This document shows, piece by piece, positions 13,253-23,899 of a stretch of 64,000 nucleotides of DNA. Within the stretch, counting starts at the first letter, position 1. The number at the start of each line of letters is the position of its first letter. The stretch comes from Octopus vulgaris. Its lineage: Eukaryota. The position numbers and the translations under genes are program-made. The notes beneath the pieces are model-generated. The model worked only from the letters and a program-made list of their open reading frames with translations. It ran no database searches and was not told the origin of the DNA. The stretch is taken from the NCBI GenBank assembly GCA_951406725.2, contig OX597824.1, forward strand, positions 99,076,001 through 99,140,000, given 5' to 3'.

Positions 13253-13599
13253 TTGAATGAGTAATATTTTCCTTTCTACTGAAAGCTAGAAACTTTTCTT
13301 TCCATTAACCACATAACTAACACTTAAGAGTAGCATCCATTTTCAATGAGGAAGAAAACAACAATAGAATCTCATGCCGGTTCATTCTGTGATGCAGCGA
13401 TTGATCAAAATCGCAAATTAAAAAATAATTTTCCAATATTTTTTAGAAGCTTGGATTATGAATTACTAAGATATATAAATTATAAATTCATAGACAGTGG
13501 TGGGCATTGTATTTAGACATTGGGTTGAAGTGGATATTAACATCATATTTTCTATTTTATTTTGATTCCTCCTACTCTTTCTCTTTTGGCATTTCACTA

Positions 13600-14170
13600 T
13601 TTCGGGCATTCACTGACTTGGAGAAGGTATTTGACAGGGTAGCATGTTTCGTAATTTGGCAGTCATTGAAGGAACTTGGTGAAGATGGCTTGTTTGGATT
13701 GTACAAGCTATATACAAAGATGTAGTAAGTAAAGAGAGAGTTAACAACGAGCTTAGGATTGAAGGTAGGAGTTCATCAAAGTTCAGTCCTCAGTCCCCTC
13801 CTATTCACTATTGTCCTACAGACCATCACAGAAATGTTTAAGACTGACTGCCCATAAGAAATCCTATATTCCTAGTTCTCATAGCTAAATCTATAGTGAA
13901 ATTAGAGAGAAGATTCCATGCATAGAAGTTAAACCTAGCATGAAGAGGACACAAAATAGTAAGTATGAAAGACGACAGGACCCTGGTATCTTCAAGGCCT
14001 TGTATATTGAAATATACAGAAAAGGGGTAAGTTCTAAATTCTATATGTTGTACTCAATATAAGCTATGGTGACTCAAGAGGTGAAGTGGTCTCATTTGTT
14101 GACTAACTGAGAATGCACTGGATGGAAGATGCCCTGGAGATGTATGTACTGTGAGCAGATCAGAAATATT
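13600..14170 (+). mobile_element. Degenerate RTE LINE reverse transcriptase fragment
   Basis: AFTDLEKVFDRV...IWQSLKELG and VGVHQSSVLSPLLFTIVL. Confidence 0.8.
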
Positions 14171-15574
14171 ATTTAGTTTTGTTCTTGAAACATGTAGTCC
14201 TAATGTCCTCTTACAAATGAAATAAATGAAGAAGTATTTAGGTAGAAATAAGCTCCTATACTTAGTGTTTATCATCCTTTGACCTGTGAGGGCCATGCAG
14301 GCCATATACGGAGAAGGAGGGACAGTCGACAAGGTGGAATCAAGAAGTTCCGCTTTGATTTAAGTTTTAGTTAAGTAGGAAAGACAAAAGGATTCTGCTA
14401 CCATTAGGGAAATACCAGCAATGCACACACACACACACACGCACACACACACACACACACACATACATGCATTGCATATACATATTCACACACACATGCA
14501 CATACACAAAGGCATGTCTCATTTCTGAACTCTCTGACCTTATATCTAGTTAAAAGAATTCGTCATCACCACCACCTCCACTTGTTCCATTTGTCAGAAA
14601 GCTGTTTGAGGGTCAGTGTCTACACAGGAAATGTGAAAGGAGCTGGCACCACAGTGATAGTGAATATGGTTTTGCTTGGAGGAGAAAATGGGAATTCCTT
14701 CCTGGTGGTTCTACACCAGAGAACTACTGCTGACAGGGGGTGGGGGAGGTCAGTGGAACAGCTACTTTTTTTCAAAATTCCTTGTTTTCATTCATAATTT
14801 ATTTATTATTATTTTAGTTAGTTTTTTCTCCATTTCTGCTTAGATCTTGGTTGAAAATTTTTGCAAACATCAAAAAATCAACAAAGAATTAATTCTGCTT
14901 CCTGACATTTTTGCTGATATTTTCACATTCTGCCAAATTTCCTCCTCTTTATCCTATTTCTTATTTTAGGTTGCATCAGTTGTATTTACAAACAGCTAGT
15001 CAGCTAATCTCAATTCTTTCTTGCTTGCTTCCACAAACTGGCCTCACTTTTGAATGTAGATTTTTTACAGAAATAGTTAAAAAAAAAAGACAAGTTTAAT
15101 TATAAACTTAAGAACTATTATTGTTATGATTCTGTATGTTCTGAGTTCAAATACTGCTACGGTCAGATTTGCCTTTCATCCCTCCAAGATCAATAAAATA
15201 ACAAGCACTGGGATCAGTCTAACCAACCAGTGTCACTTCCCTCATAATTGCTGGCCTTGTGCCTAAATTAGAAATTATTCATCATCATCATCATCATTTT
15301 ATGTCCACTTGCAATTTTTGCAGGGGAAGGGGATCATTCAACAGGATCCAATGGATTATCAGAAGACGTATTGCCTCAATGTCTCACTTTTGGCATGATT
15401 TTTGCAACTGGTCTTCCTTCCTCACACCAATTACTTTACAGAGTGTTGGGGGTGCTTTTTTTTATTTTTTTTTTTTGCCGTAACACCAGCAATGGTGAAC
15501 TTGCCTTGTAACTGACAACAGGAAAGACACTTCCAAACCACAGGGGGAGAATAGGAAATGGGGGTGGGGGCTGT

Positions 15575-15838
15575 GTGAAGGTCAGCTGAAAAGTTCATAG
15601 GCTGACTATGGAGTAATGCTAGTGCTGTGAAATTTTGACTGCATTAATTTCAACTCTTCTTATTAATAACTGCATTGTTTCTTCCCAGGTAAACTGGCAT
15701 TTGACTGTTCAAAGAAAACTTCAAAACTAACTAGTATTGACTTGTCTTGAAAATGAGCAAAATTTGGCATCATGATGTTATCAAGTACCTGCAGAAAAAG
15801 GGTTTAGCCCCCAAGGACATTCATGCTGACATGGTTGG
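15575..15838 (+). mobile_element. Mariner 5' fragment (decayed TIR plus transposase N-terminus)
   Basis: tgtgaaggtcagctgaaaagttc is mariner TIR-like. ATG at 15753 gives MSKIWHHDVIKYLQKKGLAPKDIHADMV. Confidence 0.75.
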
Positions 15839-16361
15839 TAGGATTAAATGAGTCAAAGGCCATGTTTTGCCCCAGTGCCACAGCTTTGGCAAGGTTTCAC
15901 CTTCTAATGATAACCACTTTACAGAGTGTACGAGTTGCTTTTTTGTGGCACCAACATGAGTGAGGTCCAAGAGTGATCAATTCAAGCAAGGAGTTGAGAG
16001 GTCAAAGCAAGATGTGTGTGTGTATGTATATATATATATAAATAGATGAGTGTACTTTTACCTTGTTAACAATTAACACGGAAAAAATAAATAAATAGTT
16101 ACCAGGGTATAGAGCAAGCATACAGATGTAAACATTGGCAAAAACACACCTTTAGTGCATATAAGTAATCTCTATCATTATATATAATTTAAACATTAAT
16201 TTCCTTTATATTTAACATTCACTATTAATATCCCTAATCTTTCTGTAAGCTACTTCTGACAATATATCATATAACGTTTTTTAAAACAATATTAATAGTG
16301 TTCAGTTACTCACTATACGAATCCATCATTTTTTGCTAAAACGTCTTATTGAAGAGTTTCG

Positions 16362-16459
16362 TTTTTTCACTTTCCTGAAGAGAAGATTGCATTGTATATA
16401 CCATTTATTCTTTTGAATACTATCAGTGGAATTTTTGAAACATGTGTCAAAAGTAAAAA
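16362..16459 (+). ncRNA. Minimal type-I hammerhead ribozyme motif
   Basis: Stem I tttcactttc/aaaagtaaaa; core CTGAAGA 16375-81; stem II 16382-94/16424-36 (12 of 13 pairs, including G:U); GAAAC 16437-41; loop ATGT; cleavage triplet GTC 16446-48. Confidence 0.75.
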
Positions 16460-16518
16460 TATTTGATTTATACCTGCGTTAAACTCCATTTAGTTATTCA
16501 TATATATAGTTATTCATA

Positions 16519-16681
16519 GGCGCAGGAGTGGCTGTGTGGTAAGTAGCTTGCTAACCAACCACATGGTTCCGGGTTCAGTCCCACTGCGTGGCATCTTGGG
16601 TAAGTGTCTTCTGCTATAGCCCCGGGCCGACCAAAGCCTTGTGAGTGGATTTGGTAGACGGAAACTGAAAGATGCCTGTCG

Positions 16682-16718
<37 letters not shown>

Positions 16719-16910
16719 GTGTGTTTGTGTGTCTGTGTTTGTCCCCCTAGCATTGCTTGACAACCGATGCTGGTGTGTTTACGTCCCCGTCACTTAGCAA
16801 AAGAAACCGATAGAATAAGTACTTGGCTTACAAAGATTAAGTCCCGGGGTCGATTTGCTCGACTAAAGGCGGTGCTCCAGCATGGCCACAGTCAAATGAC
16901 TGAAACAAGT

Positions 16911-16914
<4 letters not shown>
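16519..16914 (+). mobile_element. Full-length tRNA-derived SINE with CORE-like segment and internal (TA)/(TG) microsatellite
   Basis: A-box tggctgtgtgg, B-box ggttcagtccc, CORE-like cttgggtaagtgtctt, CpG-rich (young), tail ccagcatggccacagtcaaatgactgaaacaag. Older copies at about 23590-23700(-), 37840-37980(-), 53340-53430(-), 55055-55170(+) and 63187-63672(+). Confidence 0.9.
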
Positions 16915-16948
<34 letters not shown>

Positions 16949-18002
16949 ATAATAATGAACACACACATATGCATCTATCTATCTATCTATCTCTCTATCT
17001 ATCTGTCTTTATAAACACACGCACACATACATATATGAATAATCTACAAACATAGTATTTAGGCTCCTTAATTAGCCCCACTCCCCATATCTGATTCCTT
17101 TCAATGATATTTTGCTCCCTACCAGTTATGTTTGCTGTTTCCCTACTCCCACAAACTTCCAAGACTTGACCCGTTTCTACTCAGAGGATGGGGGCGGGCA
17201 AAGAAATGTTAGAATTCTACTCAAAGACGATTAGCACTGCTATTATCAAGGGTATTTCTGTCATGTAAATATTTTTTGCTCAATTAATGATGGAATCAGT
17301 TTGCCATTTCTCTTTGAGAAGAAAAACAAATCTCCAAGTGATGTAAACATCAATGTTTTGCCATTGTTTACAAAGAAAGATATAAACTTTCTTGTGTGGA
17401 ACATGGTGTAACCCACTGTACGTGACTGATTCCTCATCTGGAACTTTAATACAGTCAGATTCAGCTGTTATTGGAGTCGTTGTTGTTTCATCTCAAGCGT
17501 CTACTGTTAACCCAACACACCATTGTTATAACAAATATGGCAAGATTACCAATGCTAATTCATTAATTCTCATAATATAACCCACCCCCACCTATACACC
17601 TCACTCCATCACTGCCAAATTTCATTTGAGAAAATGACAAAAAATAAAAGAATATAAAAATTAAAAACCAAAGAAGAAAATGTTTAGTTGTAGCTTTTTT
17701 TGAGTTGTTGTTGTTGTTGCTTTATTGGGAGTGACAACTGTTTATATAAGGGAGGAAGGGAATGGGGAATGCAGGGGGTGGGGAGAATATTGTTTATTGA
17801 AATATTTCCTACAATTGGAAACAGAACCATCATCGTCATCTCTGGCATAGTCATTATGATGATGATGATGATCATCATCATCATCAGTATATTACTGTGT
17901 ATCGTTCAAATGAATTATGACTGTCCACTCTCTTTAGCTACACTTGTTACAAATATAACTGTACTATCATGTGTGTGTGTGTGTGTATGTGTATATATAT
18001 AT

Positions 18003-18045
<43 letters not shown>

Positions 18046-18116
18046 AGTTCAGCAAAAATTTAGATTCAGATGAATTAGGTACTTAAGTTGAGGCACCAGA
18101 ATTTAGTATGGTATTC

Positions 18117-18545
18117 ATCATCATCATCATCATCATCGTTTAGCATCCGCTTTCCATGCTAGCATGGGTTGGACGGTTCAACTGGGGTCTGGGAAGCCAG
18201 AAGGTTGCACCAGGCCCAGTCTGATCTGGCAATGTTTTTACGACTGGATGCCCCTCCTAACGCCAACCACTCCATGAGTGTAGTGGATGCTTTTTACATG
18301 CCACCGGCACAGGTGCCAGACGAGGCTGGTGAACGGTCACGATCGGATGGTGCTTTTACGTACCACCAGCACGGGGGCCAGGCAAGACTGGCAACAGCCA
18401 CGAACGGATGGTGCTTTTTACGTGCCACGGGCACAAGGCCAGTCGGGGCGGCGCTGGCAACGGCCACGTTCGGATGGTTCTCTTACATGCCACCAGCACT
18501 GGTATCACAGCTGCAATTTCCATTGATGTTGATCGATTTTGATTC
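18117..18545 (-). mobile_element. Young RTE 3' UTR copy with about 60-bp tandem units
   Basis: (CAT)n, conserved tail, then four units beginning g(g)tgcttttacgtgccacc-like. CpG-rich. Confidence 0.85.
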
Positions 18546-18699
18546 ACAATTTCAAAGGAAGGTGATTAAATATACACTCACACACACACAGATATATTAG
18601 TAGCCATCATAGTATATGCGTACCACTGGCAGACTGAGAATGCAAGCTTCATATGTTGGGCAGTATGTGTAAGTATACTTGAGACTGAGTTTCTTAATT

Positions 18700-19872
18700 G
18701 CCCAAATGGCTCGTTAGAAGTAGTTGATTGCTTTTGTTACCTAGGGAGGTGTCTGCTCTGAAAGTATAGCTGCTAGAGTAAGGACTGGTTGGAAAGAGTT
18801 CAGGGACCTACTACCCCTGCTGAGATAGCAAAGATCTTCCCTAAAAGTGAAGGGCAGATTGTATGATGCTTGGGTTAGAACTGTAATGCTGCATGGTTGT
18901 GAGACATGGGCCTCGAATGCAGAGGACTTGAGATAGAAATGAATTGAACATTGGATGTGTAATGTGTGTGTGTGTGTGTGTGTGAAAGTTTGTAGAAAGG
19001 TGCTAATTGAAAAACTGGGTGTAAGAGAAGTCAGATGTTGTGATAAAGAAAGAAGAATGAAATGGGATGGCCATGTGATGCGTATGAATGAGGACAGCTG
19101 CATAAAGAAGTGCCACTCACTTAATGTGGCTGGAAGGAGAGGGCCAGGAAGGCATGGGATGAGCCTGATGGATTAGATGACAAAGGATCTGGATCACTGG
19201 TAATATGAGGTTCTCAAAAAGATTTGCCCTCCTCAGCAAAACTGAGTCAAGATAGAGCCATATTTTGGGTTTCCCAGCCCTTAAAGTCACTCCCACTCCC
19301 CTCATGCACTAGCCCCCCCCCCCCTCAACAACTGTATTGTTATTTACTACATCTTTTGCTTGCTGACCACCTCTTCTGCATCCCTCTGTTACCCTAAGTT
19401 CTTGGTTTATCCTCCCTTCAGACCTACCCATTTTTGCCTCCCACCACTACTCATTCACTTCCCCATACTATCTTACAAATCACTCACCCACCCACTTCTA
19501 TTCAGCTTTTGTTTCGTGGGGCCATCAGGGCCTCTAAACATCATCTGATGCCTTGCATCCCCTAGTGATCATCCCCATTTGTTTTTGTTTTTTCTTTCCC
19601 ACACTAGATGTTAGTAGTTATGCAGAGCCCTCTGCAGGGCCTGCAGCACTGCACCCCCTCCCTCATAGTAACCCCATCATCTTCAAGAATGATGCTGACC
19701 CCACCCCTAACCCAGGTCTTGTAGTCCTGCAAACTGCATGCTAACTACAATAGTGCAGGTGGCATGAAAAGCATTAAGAAGGGCATCCAGCTGTAAAAAC
19801 CATGTCAAAGCACACATTGGAACTTGGTGGAATCCTTGAATACATTGGTTCCTGTCAAACTGTCCAACCCAT
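18700..19872 (+). mobile_element. RTE LINE 3' part: RT C-terminus, pyrimidine-rich UTR and conserved tail
   Basis: RVRTGWKEFRDLLPLL, KGRLYDAWVRTVMLHGCETWA, RRMKWDGHVMRMNEDSCIKKCHSL. Confidence 0.85.
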
Positions 19873-19901
19873 ATACATAAAGTAATATATTCTTTATATC
19901 T

Positions 19902-19936
<35 letters not shown>

Positions 19937-19990
19937 TAAACTTGGAAATGGATGCATGGGGTTCAATTAAATGATAATATCAATAATATT

Positions 19991-20039
<49 letters not shown>

Positions 20040-20042
<3 letters not shown>

Positions 20043-20620
20043 GTATAGGACGTCACCAACAGTAAACAACATGAAATACGAAAACAAATGAGTTAAATAT
20101 GCAAATAATGAGAGGAAAAAATGGAAAACAAGACAAGTGATACAAAGAAAGACTCTTCATCAGTTGTTGGCTGTCCATGTACTCCTCATTTTGAGCAATC
20201 AATGAAAATATGAGTCTTCGAAGACAGGTGCTTTCATAAATACCAGTTTGGATTTATGGAGGGTCAAAGTTAGGAACAGAAACAGGACAGTGGAGACATA
20301 CAGGGAAACCAAATGAAAACCAGCATGGAGGGTCGTTAGACCTGAGCGAGGGGAAAATAGTGAACGCTAAGAGAAATATTTTCTTTGAAAAGAGAAAAGA
20401 TAGAAGAGAGAGATAGAAGACATCCAGTCCTTAGAAGGTTCATGCAGGATAGAAAGATGGTCACATGAGGAAAAGAAAGATGGACAATGGTCACATGTGA
20501 ACAACGAGAGAGAGAAAAAGAGGAAGAGGGGAGAGAGAGAGAGAGACAGATAGAAAATGGTAAAAGGGAGAAAAAGTGAATTAGAGAGGATGGGAAGAAA
20601 ATAGTATAGTCTGATTTTCA
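20040..20620 (-). repeat. Unclassified non-coding element next to (TA)n, possibly a Penelope-like pseudo-LTR; truncates the adjacent mariner
   Basis: Abuts a long (TA)n tract. The minus strand carries CTGATGAAG and a ctgtc...gacag stem around tcgaaga...ctcaaaatg. Confidence 0.3.
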
Positions 20621-20621
20621 T

Positions 20622-21165
20622 TCAATTTGTGTGGTATCCATTTGTCGAGCTACTTTGATTTTCCAATCGCATGCAAATGGTTGCAGGCAGTTTTCTGGCT
20701 AATTTAAGATCTTTTGTCAGTTCCTGTGTGGTTTTATGTGGATCTTTCTCAATCATGGTCTTTGATTGACTGTCATCAATGACAGATGGGCGTCCACTAT
20801 GTTCACAATCTTCAAGGCTCAGATCACCACTGCAAAATTGTTTAACCATTTTCAAGCTGACCACTCACTGGGCATTTCCTCATCAAACGTTTTGTTGATT
20901 TCATGAACAGTTTCAGCTGCTTTACATCCTTTTTTGAAGTTGAATATCAAAATTGCTTGAATATCGCACTTTGACATTTCCATTTCAGATGATTGTAACA
21001 ACGGTGTAAAAAATATCAATGTTAATTTATTGATGCATTTGGGCAAGTCTATGTCTGTATTATCAGATAATTGCAAAAAAATGTTTTTAAAAATTCAAAA
21101 TTCTGCAAAAACCTGGTACAAATTCTTCATGGTTCAAAACATTGCTTACTTTTTACTCAACCTGA
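20622..21165 (-). mobile_element. Mariner (Hsmar1/Mos1-like) 5' half
   Basis: TA + TCAGGTTGAGTAAAAAGTAAGC TIR on the minus strand (21141-21165). Peptides MSKCDIQAILIFNFKKGCKAAETVHEINKTF and FCSGDLSLEDCEHSGRPSVIDD. Confidence 0.9.
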
Positions 21166-21362
21166 TATATATACAGAAACATATATATGTGATATATATA
21201 TATATATATATTGAGGTGGTTGGCATTAGGAAGGGCATCCAGCTGTAGAAACTTCACCAGATCAGATTGGAGCCTGGTGCAGCCTTCTGGCTTGCCAGTC
21301 CTCAGTCCCCAGCATGGAAAGCGGATGTTAAACGGCAAAGGTGATGATATATATATATAAAT

Positions 21363-23121
21363 TAGGGTTGCCAATTTAGCATATTTTATGCTAGATCTAG
21401 CATTTTTTTTCCAGTATTTAGCAGAAAATTTTTGAGTCTAGCATTTAGCAAGGGAAATAGCAGGTTTAAAATTTTATCTAGCATTTTTTTTTAGCATTCT
21501 TCTCTGATCATGACGTTTCCACCATAGTTACCCTTTCTCTTCTTTTTCCTCCTTTTCTACTTTCATTAAAGTATCTTACAGCCAAATATTTAGTTCTATT
21601 GGCTATTGTTGAATTTTTCTTTCACTTTCCTGAAACTTCAAATGAAAGTTATCCAAAGGAAATTTATCAAGTTATTAACTTTCCTACCCCACCCCGCTTG
21701 AATACAGAATTGTTAGCTGCAAACTGATAAGTTGTATTTTCAATTTTATATTTTTATTAATCATTCAATTTATTTCTTGCTTCCCACTACAATATAATGA
21801 GCAAAGAAAAAACAAAGTTGTATCAGTAAAAATTCCAAAAGGAATGGCTTAAGTTGCCAGTGTTTACTAAGTAGTTGTATGAAGTACCAAGTGACCAATC
21901 TAAAGCACATTGCAGATATTGTATTAAAATAAAAAATGATAAGACATCTATGCTTGAAGCAAATTTAGCAATGTTTCTTTGTTGCCACTCATTATTTAAT
22001 AAACTGTGATCACTTAATAGAGTTAGGTAAGAATTATGCATCGTACAAAATGTGCAAATATTGTGGGAAATGTTGTAGTTCCATATTTTGATGGAGATTT
22101 GACTTTTGATATAGGAGATAGAAAATTTAGCCTGTTATTAGATGAATCCAAATGAGATATCAATAAACAAGTTGTTAGAAATTGTTATCATATATTACAG
22201 AGACTCTCACAAAAAAGTGGTACATACATATCTGAACATGTGATGCGGATGGCATTGTAGAAGCCTTAAAAACTGTATTAGTAAAACAGAAATTATATAT
22301 AAAAATTTACTGGGTAAAGGAACTGACGGTGCTACAGAAATGATTATCAAGAAGATTGTAACAGCCACTGAAGAAAATAATATTCACAAAAGAGCACAAT
22401 TTTACTCTGCCTTTATAAAGAGCTCAAGCACTGTTTGTCAGGAAATATTAATATACTGAGGAATATCAAATGTTTTTCAGTAGAGAATATTTTGCAGCAT
22501 TTCAAAGAGCCAATTTTACCTGTCTTAGAAGCAATGCATTTAAATGAAGAAAAAATTGCTTCAATTGCAATTCAGTTTAATAGCATTCATTTAGTTAAAT
22601 GGACAAATACATCTGATACTGAGGCATTCTGGCTAGAAGTCTTGGAATATAAAGATGCTACTGGAGGAAATCCTTTTAGAGATGTTGCAAATTTTGCCAT
22701 TAATCTGTTGACATTGCCAAACTCAACTGCAGAAGTTAAATGGTTGTTCAGTAGTATGGGAGTAATCAAATCAAAATTGAAAAACAAAATGCATCTTCCT
22801 ATGCTTAGATCAATACTGTCTATAGAATATGGCCTGAAAAGATATGGCAAATGTTGCAAAAACTTCGATATTCTAGAACACATAACTAACAAGATTGGGA
22901 CCTTGGATGTATACAGAAGTCAAGAGCTAGGCACTGCAGCTGGAAGTGACTAAATCAGTGGAATTCAAGAAATTATTTTTCAATGCTGAATATAATTAAA
23001 GAAACTAAATAAAAATGTAAATAGAAATTAAGCTTTTTGATATAATTATTCTTTAGCATTTTTTTTGTATTTTTTCAACTGAAATTTAGCATAAAATTGT
23101 GATTCTAATTTGGCAGCACTG
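21363..23121 (+). mobile_element. Internally deleted hAT transposon
   Basis: TIRs TAGGGTTGCCAATTTAG / CAGTGCTGCCAAATTAG (rc), flanked by tataaat on both sides. ATG 21797 starts a BED-like EWLK...KAHCRYC; then HRTKC, FSLLLDES, GTDGA; dimerisation domain FW...LLTLPNSTAEVKWLFSSM..IKSKLKNKM in ORF 22435-22953. Confidence 0.9.
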
Positions 23122-23196
23122 TATAAATAAGAAGAGAAAGAAAATGGAGATTGGGAAGTTAATAATTGTTTATTATTAACAACAAATCAATCATCA

Positions 23197-23280
23197 TCCC
23201 TTACAGCTGTTTCAATAAATACTCAGTGAATTAATTAAATATTAAATTCATATGTCCTGAGCATAATATCTTCAGAGGGA
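23197..23280 (-). ncRNA. Minimal type-I hammerhead ribozyme motif
   Basis: Minus strand: TCCCT-CTGAAGA-[stem II with ATGCTCAG/CTGAGTAT and inner TGAATT/AATTCA]-GAAAC-AGCT-GTA-AGGGA. Perfect 5-bp stem I and palindromic loop III. Confidence 0.8.
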
Positions 23281-23308
23281 AAAAACATACCCTTAGATGT
23301 TCTGTGTG

Positions 23309-23357
23309 TGTTTATGGATTCATTATAGCAGAGTCTGCTATGATGAATCCATAAACA
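23309..23357. repeat. 24-bp inverted repeat with 1-nt spacer (one mismatch)
   Basis: tgtttatggattcattatagcaga-g-tctgctatgatgaatccataaaca. Confidence 0.95.
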
Positions 23358-23899
23358 ATTACAATTATTTTTGTTTGATGCACCAGTTATTTGGTAATTT
23401 TCTGTCTGATGTAAATATAATTCATCCACTTTTCCTTTCTACAATCAGTTAAATAGGTTTCTGAGACAGCATTTTACAGCTGGAAGCTCTTTTTCTTGCC
23501 AACCCTTCTAGATACCTCTTACTTGCACAGATGCAGTGCACCTGCTCTAAAACTAGTACACACACACATGCACGCATGTACACACGACAGCCTTTTGCAT
23601 AATTTCCATCAAAAGGCAATGGTCAAACAAGATATGGTCAGTAGAAAGTGCTACACAGTGGGTTGGAACCTAAAAGTCCGTGGTTACATAGCAAATTTCT
23701 TATTACACTCTACCCTGCCTACCAAGTGCTTACCACTTGCTTTTCAAAGACTCCACTTTTTATGGTTGTAAAATTATGTCTCTTCATGGCACCTGTTTAT
23801 GACCAAGTAGACTGGGTCTATAATGACTAAATGCCTTGAATATATATGAATATGTATCTCCTTGTAAATCACACCTTACCACTTTAAAAAGTGCCAGGA

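Noticed and set aside
16519-16595. tRNA gene-like A and B boxes (also at 63299)
   Set aside because: These are SINE heads continuing into SINE bodies, without a full cloverleaf or terminator.
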